A stretch of 64,000 bases of DNA, taken from the IMG/VR virus record IMGVR_UViG_3300017987_000085, positions 3,937 to 67,936 of that record. One strand, written 5' to 3'. This document shows positions 17,768 to 27,069 of this stretch, in pieces. Numbering within the stretch: position 1 is the stretch's first letter; every line of letters starts with the position of its first letter. The notes under the pieces are model-generated. The model was not told where the DNA came from and did no database searches. It saw nothing but the letters and a program-made list of their open reading frames with translations. Both the position numbers and the translations under genes were made by a program. The stretch is from a virus.

Positions 17768-18195
17768 TCAAGACAAGTGGAGTCGTGAGGCAAGAGATTA
17801 CCTTGCAGACGCAGCCCGACATGAAGACATGCGGTCATGCATGCCTAGCCATGGTCCTGGCCGTACCGGTGGAGAGCATCATCGATCGCTACGGCGGGGA
17901 GGTGTTGTCTGTTCAAGAGATGTGCTCAGCGTTGGAGGAATGCGGCGTTACATGGGATCGGCTTGTGTTCGGTACGATCATGCACGCCGGTTGGTACATT
18001 TTGTCAGCGCCTAGCCTCAACATCCGTGCCGGTATGCACTATCTGATCATTCGCTTTGAACAAGACGGCACAATCGTGGTCTTCGATCCGGCGATGGGGA
18101 CGAAGTACCAGCCGGACGGTGGAGACCTAATCAGTTGGTCCGATGTGTTTCCATTCTTACCTGGAGGGCAACTTCCAGGAGGTGACGGAGAGTGA
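17764..18195 (+). CDS. Peptidase C39-like cysteine protease
   Basis: QTQ...TCGHACLAMVL, MHYLII, VFDP (Q-C-H-D). Confidence 0.7.
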   Translation: MIKTSGVVRQEITLQTQPDMKTCGHACLAMVLAVPVESIIDRYGGEVLSVQEMCSALEECGVTWDRLVFGTIMHAGWYILSAPSLNIRAGMHYLIIRFEQDGTIVVFDPAMGTKYQPDGGDLISWSDVFPFLPGGQLPGGDGE

Positions 18196-19574
18196 GTCTT
18201 ACCACGATCGAATGGGCAGACCGTACATGGAATCCAATCACAGGCTGCACGCCTGTCTCAGAGGGCTGTGCGCATTGCTATGCCGAGAGGATGGCGAAGC
18301 GGCTGAGAGGACGATACGGGTACCCGGCAGACGATCCGTTTCGAGTGACGCTACATCCTGATCGACTCGACGAGCCGTTACGCTGGCGAAAGCCATCGAT
18401 GGTATTTGTGTGCTCGATGGGGGATCTGTTCCACGAGGATGTGCCGGATGAGTTCATCGAGCAGGTCTTTGGCGTCATGGCGGCGATGTCCGAGCATGTC
18501 TTTCTTGTGCTAACCAAGCGACCCTTGCGCATGGCGGCATTCATGGAACGAGGATTCTCCTCAGAGATGGCAGTCGCCTACGAGGAGATCGGGCAGCGTG
18601 ATCTCCCGGAGACGATGCGAGAATACGCGCCGGGCGATTCGACGTTCCCGCTGGATCCAGAGCTTCCACTCCCGAACGTCTGGGCCGGGACATCGGTTGA
18701 GAACCAGGCGGCGGCTGACGAGCGGATACCTCATCTACTCCGGACACCTGCGGCAAAGCGGTTTCTGAGCTGCGAGCCGTTGCTGGGAGAGGTGGATATC
18801 GTCGCACCAATTGGCCGTGCGTTTGCGAGGGAATGTGGGATCGATCTTGTTTCGGCACGCCCTGTTGGTATGGCGGGGCATCACGGCATCGATGGGGCCA
18901 TCGTCGGCGGAGAATCCGGTCCAGGCGCACGTCCGATGCACCCTGACTGGCCGCGCAGGATAAGGGACGACTGCGTTGCAGCTGGCGTGCCCTTCTTCTT
19001 CAAGCAGTGGGGGGACAACCAAGGCCCCGGGTCGGGGCTCAAAGGACATCCATCATTCGAGGCTGGTTATCGCCCCGGCGCAAAAAAGGGAGGCCGTCTC
19101 CTCGACGGCCGCGAGTGGAACGAGATGCCGAGCCCTACTCGAATCGAAGGAGGAAGCGTGAAGACTACGGACCTACAGCGCGAGATGACCCCAAGTGAGA
19201 AAGAGATCTCTGCCGAGAAGAAGCGGATCGCGGAGTTGGAGGGGGCGTTGAAGAAGGCGGTGCAGGTTATCAAACAGTGGCACAACTTGCATGATCAGAA
19301 CGGGTTCGCTGCAATAAAAGCCCGGATCGCGGAGTTGGAGACGGCCTTACGCGGAATCGGGATCATCGCTCTCGACACCAACCAGAGCATAGAGACACAG
19401 TTGGACGCCATTGTGGATACGACGGAATCCGCTCTTGCCACAACAAGAGGGAAGGTCGCGATCGATCGGGAATTGCTGCATGAGGCATGGCTCTTCCTGG
19501 TATCTGGTGTCCCGTGTGATTCAGATGTGCGGGTCACGTGTAACCAGCTCGCGGCGCTGCTGAAGGAGGAGTGA
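18192..19574 (+). CDS. DUF5131 (phage Gp37/Gp68) family protein with fused C-terminal coiled-coil region
   Basis: TIEWADRTWNPITGCTPVSEGCAHCYAE, FVCSMGDLF, LTKRP, GGESG, PFFFKQWG. Confidence 0.9.
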   Translation: MSLTTIEWADRTWNPITGCTPVSEGCAHCYAERMAKRLRGRYGYPADDPFRVTLHPDRLDEPLRWRKPSMVFVCSMGDLFHEDVPDEFIEQVFGVMAAMSEHVFLVLTKRPLRMAAFMERGFSSEMAVAYEEIGQRDLPETMREYAPGDSTFPLDPELPLPNVWAGTSVENQAAADERIPHLLRTPAAKRFLSCEPLLGEVDIVAPIGRAFARECGIDLVSARPVGMAGHHGIDGAIVGGESGPGARPMHPDWPRRIRDDCVAAGVPFFFKQWGDNQGPGSGLKGHPSFEAGYRPGAKKGGRLLDGREWNEMPSPTRIEGGSVKTTDLQREMTPSEKEISAEKKRIAELEGALKKAVQVIKQWHNLHDQNGFAAIKARIAELETALRGIGIIALDTNQSIETQLDAIVDTTESALATTRGKVAIDRELLHEAWLFLVSGVPCDSDVRVTCNQLAALLKEE

Positions 19575-19641
19575 CATGGAGACCAACCGGAAGATCGCGC
19601 AGCGCTGGCGCTGTTCAAGAGCGGACCGAAGGAGGACAGCG

Positions 19642-20013
19642 ATGAATGACATGGTAAACGAGGAGATCAAGACGTGCCCAACATGCGGCAGGGGTGACGT
19701 ATGGCAAGAGGCGGTGAATCGAACGCAATACGCCTACGGCAAGGACTGCGAGGCGATTGACTATCTGTTGGCAGAGGTATCCGTATTGTTGCTGCCAGGA
19801 CAGAGCCGGCGACTGACAATCGAGGAATTGATCCGCACCAAGGATGCCCGCATCACGGAGCTGGAGGGCGAGAATGCGAGGCTGCGAGAGATGTTCAGAC
19901 CAGTGTCCGGCTCATGGTTTTGGAGAAACTGTCGTGCGAATCGCCGTCGCGAAGGTACGAAATGCTGTGCCACATGTCCGTTCCGAGAAGAGATTGAGAG
20001 GAGTGAGCGATGA
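19642..20013 (+). CDS. Hypothetical protein
   Basis: RBS AGGAGG; CPTCG; RITELE coiled coil. Confidence 0.55.
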   Translation: MNDMVNEEIKTCPTCGRGDVWQEAVNRTQYAYGKDCEAIDYLLAEVSVLLLPGQSRRLTIEELIRTKDARITELEGENARLREMFRPVSGSWFWRNCRANRRREGTKCCATCPFREEIERSER

Positions 20014-20213
20014 ACGAGATGATTCCTGTTGTGCGAATCACTCCAGGTTATGACCTGGAGGGGAGTCCGTACATCGTCGCGCTGTCACCACAACATTCGA
20101 TGGATCTACTGGCTCTGTTTGACGGCGCAGAGACAGGCGAATGGTACCGCTTCGAGTATGTACAGATGGCGAAGGATGAATATGATGCCCTGCCGGAGTT
20201 CACGGGGTTCTAG
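20010..20213 (+). CDS. Hypothetical micro-ORF
   Basis: GAGGAGTGAGCGATG start motif. Confidence 0.6.
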   Translation: MNEMIPVVRITPGYDLEGSPYIVALSPQHSMDLLALFDGAETGEWYRFEYVQMAKDEYDALPEFTGF

Positions 20214-20225
20214 AAGGAGTGAGCG

Positions 20226-20378
20226 ATGGAAGACGACTACCACTCAGACAGCACAGGCGCGATCTATTGTGACGGGTGCGGCCGTGTGATTGGATGCGTA
20301 TCTGTATCCCTGGACGGGCATTGCTACTGCCCTCAATGTGCGGAACGAATAGCCCCCGCCGAGGCAGGAGAGGAGTGA
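20226..20378 (+). CDS. 50-aa Zn-finger micro-ORF
   Basis: AGGAGTGAGCGATG start; CDGCG...CYCPQC; ends GEE*. Confidence 0.55.
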   Translation: MEDDYHSDSTGAIYCDGCGRVIGCVSVSLDGHCYCPQCAERIAPAEAGEE

Positions 20379-20381
20379 GCT

Positions 20382-20615
20382 ATGGCGAGCGAGAAGATCG
20401 AGCGAGGCAGAGAAATGGATCCAGAAATGAAGGCCCGGATAGACAGGATGGACTATGAGGCGATGCTGCGTTTGTGGCGAAATGCAGCGGCCGGGCATCC
20501 GATGTTCCAAGGTAAGGCGGGTCAGTACTTTGAGCAGCAAATGGCTGAGAAACGCGCTGAAGTCGGGAACGCTGCTCACGTAACTGCGAGCAAGAACATA
20601 GGATGGAGCGGATGA
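20382..20615 (+). CDS. Hypothetical phage protein
   Basis: IDRMDYEAMLRLWRNAAAGHPMFQG...HVTASKNIGW. Confidence 0.7.
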   Translation: MASEKIERGREMDPEMKARIDRMDYEAMLRLWRNAAAGHPMFQGKAGQYFEQQMAEKRAEVGNAAHVTASKNIGWSG

Positions 20616-20770
20616 GACAATGGTGGCGCAAGCAGGTAGGCAGGCCATTCTGGTTGTGGTTGTGGGAAGCGGAATGGATTCCCCTGGGCCGATTGGCACC
20701 GCATGTGCTGGGATTCTACCTCGGTTCCAAAGGACAGAGGATTAAGACCGCTGAACCAGGGGAGGAGTGA
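20612..20770 (+). CDS. 52-aa Trp-rich micro-ORF
   Basis: ATGA coupling; MRQWWRKQVGRPFWLWLWEAEWIPLG...PGEE*. Confidence 0.5.
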   Translation: MRQWWRKQVGRPFWLWLWEAEWIPLGRLAPHVLGFYLGSKGQRIKTAEPGEE

Positions 20771-20773
20771 GCG

Positions 20774-20938
20774 ATGAAGACATTCTACTGTTCTGCGTGC
20801 GGAGAAATCTCGCGAATTGAGAACGCGAAAGACGTTGTGTATACGCCAGGAGCACGGCACGCAACCAATTGCGAGCACTGCGACACTCGCTGGCTCTTGG
20901 GTATGGAATGCTGGGAAGAGGAGCCAGGAGAGGAGTGA
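20774..20938 (+). CDS. 54-aa Zn-ribbon micro-ORF
   Basis: Junction motif start; CSACG...CEHC; ends PGEE*. Confidence 0.55.
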   Translation: MKTFYCSACGEISRIENAKDVVYTPGARHATNCEHCDTRWLLGMECWEEEPGEE

Positions 20939-21015
20939 GGGAAAGTGCCATAGGGATCGACTGAACACCCTCACAAATCCCCGCTGACGCCTCCGCCGGA
21001 TCTCAGCACAGCTCC

Positions 21016-21042
21016 AAACGCCTCTTTCGGGGCGTTTTCTTG
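21016..21042 (+). terminator. Intrinsic terminator
   Basis: aaacgcct-ctttcg-gggcgttt then tcttg. Confidence 0.6.
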
Positions 21043-21065
21043 TTGGATGCATCGGAGGCGATCCG

Positions 21066-23009
21066 ATGCTCACATCCATTGATCAGGTCGAACAGTTGCG
21101 CGCGGGCTTGGATCCGTCGCAGAAAGAGCTGGCATTTGATGCCTACCGTCGTGCTCGAGCAGCACATGAAGCCGCCGGTTTCTCCGAAGCGGAGTGTGAT
21201 GAACGCGCAGGCACCATTGCGTTGTCGCGCATCGATGCGCGGCAAGAAGTAGTCGCAATCTGTGATTCGTTGTACGACGGCGAGTGGCCGCGGCCGGGAA
21301 AGGGCGCGCCGCACAATCCCTATGGCGGCTATGCATCGGTTGAGTATCCTGGCGGATGGCAGGGCTGGTCTGATGCGTGGCGTGTCTATATCGCAGGGAT
21401 CGAAGACGCAAAGGCTTTCCTTGATGTCAGTGAATGGATCTGGGCACTGCATGGGGCTCTGAACTACCAGACACCGCTTTGGGATCTTCCTGAGGTTGAG
21501 GCGCGTGAGGGCGCGCTTCCCGAGACACAGGTGCTCTCTACGCCAGCGGACCATGGCCTGAAGGCATGGAAAGACGTACCGGAGGGCGAGTCGCAGATCC
21601 GCTATGCCGCGCCGTCGGAGAACGATCTTGAAACGCTGTACCGCATCTACCAAGAAGAACGCAAGCGCAAGGAGATCGACAGCCTACTGGATTTCAGCCC
21701 TGAGGCGCTTCGCAAGCTGCTTGGCCATGAGGCACGTGCCGACGGCCGCGAAGTCCGGATTGATACGATCAGTGAGTTCAAGGTAGTTCGACACGACGCA
21801 GAAACCGGCTTGCTGACGCTCGATATTCCGATCATCCAATTCAAGGCATTGCCGTACCTCGATACCTCCGGCCAGGTGGTCTGGGAGGCGAAGCTTGCAA
21901 AGGACTTTGCCACGCCAGCGTATCTCTCGACGATTCCTGGCCGTCCCATCACGCGCACACACCCGACGGGCCGCGTGTTCGATGGTCTTGGTGTGCTTGA
22001 GGAGATGACGCCGGAGGAATCTGCCCAGCGAACCTTGGGGCTCCATCACCGTGACGATCGTGCCCACTGGGTCGAGGACGGGAAGGTTTGGTCGCGAGTG
22101 ACGTTGTTCGAGCCGAGCCTTGTGCAAGACGTGTTGTTGCGTAAGGAGCGCGAAGTATCCGTTGGCGTTCTAGCGGTGCCGGCTGACGAAGAAGGAGATG
22201 ACGCCTTTGGCCAGCACTACACGAAGCGCCAGACGCTGCCGGTTCATGATCACACAGCGTTCGTCCCGCGGGGACGATGCGGTCCGGAGTGTGCCGTAGT
22301 GCTCGACGGTGCGGTCCAAGTGAAGCCGAACAGGAGCACAGGAGGAACGATGGAGAAGAGCAAGCAGGACGGAGGACAGACGCCTCCGGGATCTTCGGCC
22401 GAAGAGCCCCGCGTGCTGCAGATTGCTGATGCAGCGGACGAGACCAAGAGTCTGACCATCACGCTCTGCCCGGATGTCAAAGAAGACGACGCGGCAACCT
22501 GGCAGACACGGATTGACGAGATTCTCCAGGCACGGATTGATGCCGAAGCAAAGATCGTCGACCTGAACAAGCAGATCGAACAGCTGACCGGAGCCAAGGA
22601 CGGTGCTGATAGTGAGCTCGAGACCCTTCGGCAGAAGGTGTCCGATCTGGAGACGGCACAAACGACACTCGACGACGGTCTCGACGAGCGAATGATTGCG
22701 TTGGCCGATGAGCGTGCCGTGATGATTGCGTTCATGGCTGACGCAGTGCCCGACTACGCCCATCAGGGCAAGTCGATCGCGCAGATGCGTCGCGATGCGC
22801 TCGAGGCGTACTTCGATGATCTTGACCTCAAAGGCAAGTCAGACGACTACATCGCTGGCCGATTCGAACAGCTGAAGGACTCATTGGCTGAGCCGGTTGG
22901 CGATCGCCAAATGCGTTCGACGAATGACGGAGACGACACGAAGGATGTGGATCCTCGCCAGAACCTGCACCGGGACCCGTCCAAGGCCGCCGCGCAGTCG
23001 ACGGGTTAG
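21066..23009 (+). CDS. Prohead protease/scaffold (DUF2213-like) with N-terminal extension; nested scaffold start at 22350
   Basis: GRPITRTHP, REVSVG, HDHTAFVPRGRCGPECAV, then acidic coiled coil and KSDDYIAGRF; in-frame RBS AGGAGG-ATG. Confidence 0.85.
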   Translation: MLTSIDQVEQLRAGLDPSQKELAFDAYRRARAAHEAAGFSEAECDERAGTIALSRIDARQEVVAICDSLYDGEWPRPGKGAPHNPYGGYASVEYPGGWQGWSDAWRVYIAGIEDAKAFLDVSEWIWALHGALNYQTPLWDLPEVEAREGALPETQVLSTPADHGLKAWKDVPEGESQIRYAAPSENDLETLYRIYQEERKRKEIDSLLDFSPEALRKLLGHEARADGREVRIDTISEFKVVRHDAETGLLTLDIPIIQFKALPYLDTSGQVVWEAKLAKDFATPAYLSTIPGRPITRTHPTGRVFDGLGVLEEMTPEESAQRTLGLHHRDDRAHWVEDGKVWSRVTLFEPSLVQDVLLRKEREVSVGVLAVPADEEGDDAFGQHYTKRQTLPVHDHTAFVPRGRCGPECAVVLDGAVQVKPNRSTGGTMEKSKQDGGQTPPGSSAEEPRVLQIADAADETKSLTITLCPDVKEDDAATWQTRIDEILQARIDAEAKIVDLNKQIEQLTGAKDGADSELETLRQKVSDLETAQTTLDDGLDERMIALADERAVMIAFMADAVPDYAHQGKSIAQMRRDALEAYFDDLDLKGKSDDYIAGRFEQLKDSLAEPVGDRQMRSTNDGDDTKDVDPRQNLHRDPSKAAAQSTG

Positions 23010-23035
23010 CGCGCCAGTAGAGGGGGATAGGAACG

Positions 23036-23512
23036 ATGAGCACGGGAGAGCGAATTCTCAAGAAAGGACGAATCCCGACAGGCAGCGCGGCCGGCGGCCT
23101 TACGTGGGGCCGATTCGCGGCTGAAGACACCGTTGAGTTCGGCGCACCGGTGGAGTATGGAACCGACACTGAACGCCAGATGAAGGCGTACGCCGGCCAA
23201 ACCTTTGCCGGGGTCGCAGTGTGGGACGAACTCCAACGCTTGCGATCGCGTGATGGTTCCGGCAATCCGGTGTGGCTCGAGAAGTATTACGACGGTGATT
23301 CAATCGCCGTTCGCCGGAAGGGGCCCGTTGTGGTCGAAGTTGGAGAAGCGATCGTTGCCGGAACTGATTCGGTGTACGTCTCGACAGACGGCAAGTTCTA
23401 CAAACAGGCCGGAGACGGCCGAACGCAGGTTACGAACGCCTCGTGGGGTTCGGACTCGCAGTCGGCTGATGACTTAACCCTGGCCGAGCTGATTCTTGAT
23501 CTGCCGGGATAG
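23036..23512 (+). CDS. Head decoration/cement protein
   Basis: Between scaffold and capsid; VEFGAPV, FAGVAV, YYDGDSIAVRRKGPVVV. Confidence 0.7.
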   Translation: MSTGERILKKGRIPTGSAAGGLTWGRFAAEDTVEFGAPVEYGTDTERQMKAYAGQTFAGVAVWDELQRLRSRDGSGNPVWLEKYYDGDSIAVRRKGPVVVEVGEAIVAGTDSVYVSTDGKFYKQAGDGRTQVTNASWGSDSQSADDLTLAELILDLPG

Positions 23513-23528
23513 GGGGAGGACAGACACA

Positions 23529-24443
23529 ATGCGAAACCTCAATACAGGAATTGCTCGACGCGCTGATTCTTTGGTCCTCCCGGAGGAGCTCCGCGCCATC
23601 GACACAACGCTTCGCGAAGGCGTCGACCTCGAGGCGATGATCGCGCGGCAGGTGCTGGGTCTGGAGACCAAGTACCATCCCGCGATTCAGGAAATCGAGT
23701 TCCAACGAGTCACTCGTGAAGGCGCGGCGCGCGTGTTCAATGCGCTGATGACAGACGACGTGCCCTACGTCGACCTGCACACCACGCCGCACACACACAA
23801 GATCAAGTCGCTCGTGATTGGCTTCCCGATCTACAAGCACGAGCGTGACGCGGCAGATCTGACCGGTAGGGACATCGTCGGCTCGAAGACCGTTGGCGTG
23901 CACCGCGCGGCGACGATTCTCGAGAACGACATCTTCTGGAACGGTCTTGACGCGAACAACATCCTGGGCGTGCTGTCCTACCCAGGCATCCAGACCTTCA
24001 CGGTGGCGCTGAATGCCGGAGCGACGTCTCGGAAGTGGGCTGACAAGACCGCAGCCGAGATCCTAACCGACATCACCGACGTGTGGGCGCTGGTGAATCT
24101 GCAGGACAACTACCACGCGTCGATGGCGGTGTTCAACACGACCGACACGAAGTACTTGCATCTGCCGTATTCGGCAACCGTGCCGACAACCGTGTGGCAG
24201 ATCGTCCAGAACGCAGGCTGGTTCTCGGCCGGTATGCTGACCTCGGAGAAGGTCCCATCGGGGACGTTCGTGGTGCTGCAGAACACGCGCGACGTGGGTG
24301 TCAACGCCCTGCCGCAGGATCTCACGCGGCAAACGCCGGTCCGGTTGGGATCGTTCAAGGAAGAGGTGGCGTTCGAGGAACGCTACGGTGGCGCGTTGGT
24401 GTATCGCCCGCTCGGGATCTGCGTTGCGACCGGTATCGCCTAG
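23529..24443 (+). CDS. Major capsid protein (DUF2184/HK97 fold)
   Basis: DDVPYVDL, ENDIFWNG...ILGVLSYP, WADKTAAEILTDI, RYGGALVYRPLG. Confidence 0.88.
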   Translation: MRNLNTGIARRADSLVLPEELRAIDTTLREGVDLEAMIARQVLGLETKYHPAIQEIEFQRVTREGAARVFNALMTDDVPYVDLHTTPHTHKIKSLVIGFPIYKHERDAADLTGRDIVGSKTVGVHRAATILENDIFWNGLDANNILGVLSYPGIQTFTVALNAGATSRKWADKTAAEILTDITDVWALVNLQDNYHASMAVFNTTDTKYLHLPYSATVPTTVWQIVQNAGWFSAGMLTSEKVPSGTFVVLQNTRDVGVNALPQDLTRQTPVRLGSFKEEVAFEERYGGALVYRPLGICVATGIA

Positions 24444-24493
24444 ACCAGAGGATTGCAATAGCACGCCTCAATCGGCAATGAGGGAGACGAGAC

Positions 24494-24703
24494 ATGTCGA
24501 AGGTCAAGGTGCACAGTGAGCACCATCAGATTCTCCGGTACGCAACAGGCCTCGATCTTACTCCGGGTGAGAATGAGGTCGAAGAGGAGCTCCTGAAGGC
24601 GACGGTTCAATCGACAGAAGACGCACCACTGTCGGTCCGAACGCTCTGCAAGCAGGGACTCCTCGAAATCCGGAGGCCACAGATGAGTGTGTCGAGACGC
24701 TAG
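24494..24703 (+). CDS. Small head-region hypothetical protein
   Basis: RBS; LDLTPGENEVEEE; similar to part of 26686-27069. Confidence 0.55.
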   Translation: MSKVKVHSEHHQILRYATGLDLTPGENEVEEELLKATVQSTEDAPLSVRTLCKQGLLEIRRPQMSVSRR

Positions 24704-24732
24704 ATTGGCTGATGAACCCAAAGATCTAACGA

Positions 24733-24762
24733 CGGGGCGGGTCCTGAACCCGCCCCGCTTCA
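24733..24762 (+). terminator. GC-rich hairpin after the capsid genes
   Basis: cggggcggg-t-cctga-acccgccccg; weak U tract. Confidence 0.45.
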
Positions 24763-24775
24763 TTGGGAGGCACCC

Positions 24776-25141
24776 GTGAGCTATACGTTCTGTCCAACAG
24801 CCTCCGACGTTCGCAATGTCCGGGCGTTTAAGATGAATGACACGGCGCTCGAGTATTACATCGATCTCGCCGAGACCTCGTCGTTTAACTTCTTGACTAG
24901 TTCGGCGATCCCTTCCGACACGGCACGCAAGCATCTCTGGGCACTGATGGCGGCGCATCTAGCCACGGTGATGCGAGAGCCGGAGCCGACAGCGGCGAAG
25001 TTCGGGAAGGTATCCGTTGAATGGCAGGGTATTCGTGGAGCCAGTGCTGCTGTTAGCGAGGATGAGTTGTCCTTCTCCTCTCCCGGGAAGGAATTCCTCC
25101 GGCGCTGGAAACGCTACAACCGCGGGAGAGTCTTGCGGTGA
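24776..25141 (+). CDS. Head-tail adaptor (DUF4054-like)
   Basis: ALMAAHLA, KFGKVSVEW, SSPGKEFLR; position. Confidence 0.7.
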   Translation: MSYTFCPTASDVRNVRAFKMNDTALEYYIDLAETSSFNFLTSSAIPSDTARKHLWALMAAHLATVMREPEPTAAKFGKVSVEWQGIRGASAAVSEDELSFSSPGKEFLRRWKRYNRGRVLR

Positions 25142-25695
25142 AGGTGACCGATACGAACTCCTTGCCCAAGATTGTGGCTTCGTTGCGCAGCATGGCCGAA
25201 CACGAAGTCGAGATTGGCATCTTCGGCGACCGGGCCGAGCAGCCCGTCGGCGATTCCAAGATCACCATGCGTGATCTTGCGGTGATCCTTCACGAGGGTT
25301 GCGATATCCGTGTGACGCCGAAGATGCGTGCGTACCTACACTACATGGGGTTGCACTTGAGCCCCGACACAACGCACATTCACATTCCACCACGGCCGTT
25401 CGTCGATCCGATTCTCGAGGATATTGAGATCGCGGGGGTGCGAATCATTCAAGCGGGGATCGACCAAGCAATTGCCAATCCTGGCATGAATCTTACCCAA
25501 GAGACATGGCACCGGGTTGGTCAGACTGTTATTGGCATGATGCGCAAGTCGATGATCGATCTGCGCGAACCGGCCAATCATCCGTTCACGATTCAGCAGA
25601 AGAAGTCAACGAATCCGTTGGTCGACCATGGCCACCTGCAACGCTCGGTCGTTGAAGAAGTGCGACACAAAGGTGTCGCGGCGGTGTCCCAATGA
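25138..25695 (+). CDS. Neck/virion morphogenesis protein
   Basis: VEIGIF, LHEG, IPPRPF, ANHPFTIQQKKSTNPLVDHGHLQRSV. Confidence 0.8.
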   Translation: MKVTDTNSLPKIVASLRSMAEHEVEIGIFGDRAEQPVGDSKITMRDLAVILHEGCDIRVTPKMRAYLHYMGLHLSPDTTHIHIPPRPFVDPILEDIEIAGVRIIQAGIDQAIANPGMNLTQETWHRVGQTVIGMMRKSMIDLREPANHPFTIQQKKSTNPLVDHGHLQRSVVEEVRHKGVAAVSQ

Positions 25696-26069
25696 GCGGT
25701 GGATTTCTCGGTTCTGCGATGCAAGCCGCGCTACTCCCATTCGAGGAGACCTTGACGCTTGATGCGACAACGAAACAGCGCAGTGGTGGCTACACCACAG
25801 AGGTAGCCGCGGATCCTGTGGCGTTCGATGGCGTGATTGTTGAGGCTGCGGTGTGGCAACAAATGATTGCCAGTGGTGGTGTGCTTTCCGCAACGCAGCC
25901 ATTGCTGGTCGTTGGCGCAGACACGCTCGATGCCAACGGAGACGCGCTTTCAATCACCAAGGATGCTCATATCACCAACGGCGCCGGCGAAGTCTACAAA
26001 GTGCTTCGGCGCGAGGTTGAGTCTGAGCGTTTCGGCCTGATGGTGTTCGAACTGACGGAGGAGCTGTGA
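25692..26069 (+). CDS. Head closure protein (putative)
   Basis: Size and position; GEVYKV. Confidence 0.6.
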   Translation: MSGGFLGSAMQAALLPFEETLTLDATTKQRSGGYTTEVAADPVAFDGVIVEAAVWQQMIASGGVLSATQPLLVVGADTLDANGDALSITKDAHITNGAGEVYKVLRREVESERFGLMVFELTEEL

Positions 26070-26689
26070 GCTTCGACCTGGTGGACTTGACCCCACTGGT
26101 ACAGCAGTTACTGTACGGCCGCACCGACCCCGCCGAGGATGCCTCTGGCGGGATCATGGGTGCATGCAGCTTGACTGAAGCACAGGTTGTGGCCGAGGAC
26201 GATATCGGTGACCGGCCGGAGGGGCTGTTCTTGACGTTTGCTCTACCCGAGGCCGGCGGTACGCCGTTGCGCGACCATCCTCACAATCCATATAAGCGCG
26301 TAGACCTGGATCCTGATGACGAGAATGGCTGTTTGCTTGTCCGCGAGAAAGTCTCGCGTCACACATTGCGTCTCTCGGTGCATGCCCCGGCGCGGACACA
26401 TGCATCCGAAGAGGTGTTTGCCGTGGCCAAACGTGCCCAACGCTACCTTGGAGCACAAGCCCAAGGGGAATTGAACTTGTTGGGTATGGACGCGCTGATT
26501 GTGGATCCAGGACAAGTCAGGGACGCCACGACACGCCTCAATCGCTCGATCGAACGAGTGGCCCGCTTTGAGGTACGCCTGCATGTCGGCGAGACCACTC
26601 AAACCGCGGCTGGGACGTTCGACAAGGTGACGTTCACATTGCAGAAGGGGAACGACGACGGGACGCAGGAATCGAAGGAGATCCCATGA
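26066..26689 (+). CDS. Tail terminator/neck protein (putative)
   Basis: Position; GDRPEGLFLTF, VRDAT...ERVARFEVRL. Confidence 0.6.
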   Translation: MSFDLVDLTPLVQQLLYGRTDPAEDASGGIMGACSLTEAQVVAEDDIGDRPEGLFLTFALPEAGGTPLRDHPHNPYKRVDLDPDDENGCLLVREKVSRHTLRLSVHAPARTHASEEVFAVAKRAQRYLGAQAQGELNLLGMDALIVDPGQVRDATTRLNRSIERVARFEVRLHVGETTQTAAGTFDKVTFTLQKGNDDGTQESKEIP

Positions 26690-27069
26690 GTTGGAAACGA
26701 CGTATCAGATCGACCTATCCCCACCCGACGAAGTATGGCGATCGCCTTCGTTTGGTGCCGGGGATCAACCGGGTAGAGGAAGAGCTCCTCGACACCTTGA
26801 GAAAAGAGGATCCGCGTTTCGCCAATCAGTTCGTCGCTGGCAAGCTCGTGGATGACGGATATCAGGTGGCGTGGATTAGCGGCTGCCTGTCAGAGGATCC
26901 CGATGGCCTCACAACGCTCGAAGTCAATGCCATTGGTGTTGAAGAAGCGCTGGCCTTGGTGGGGGAGTTCAAGAACGACAAAGCAGCCCTCTCTCAGTTG
27001 GCGACGTTGGCTGAAAAGGGCGGGATCTCGCGGGTGTTCCGTGAGGCGCTTGAGGGGGTGACGGCATGA
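26686..27069 (+). CDS. Hypothetical virion-region protein
   Basis: ATGA coupling on both sides. Confidence 0.6.
   Translation: MSWKRRIRSTYPHPTKYGDRLRLVPGINRVEEELLDTLRKEDPRFANQFVAGKLVDDGYQVAWISGCLSEDPDGLTTLEVNAIGVEEALALVGEFKNDKAALSQLATLAEKGGISRVFREALEGVTA

Noticed and set aside
20612-20770. tRNA-like start GGTGGCGCAAGCAGGTAG
   Set aside because: No T-arm or acceptor pairing; better explained as a coupled 52-aa ORF ending in the array junction motif
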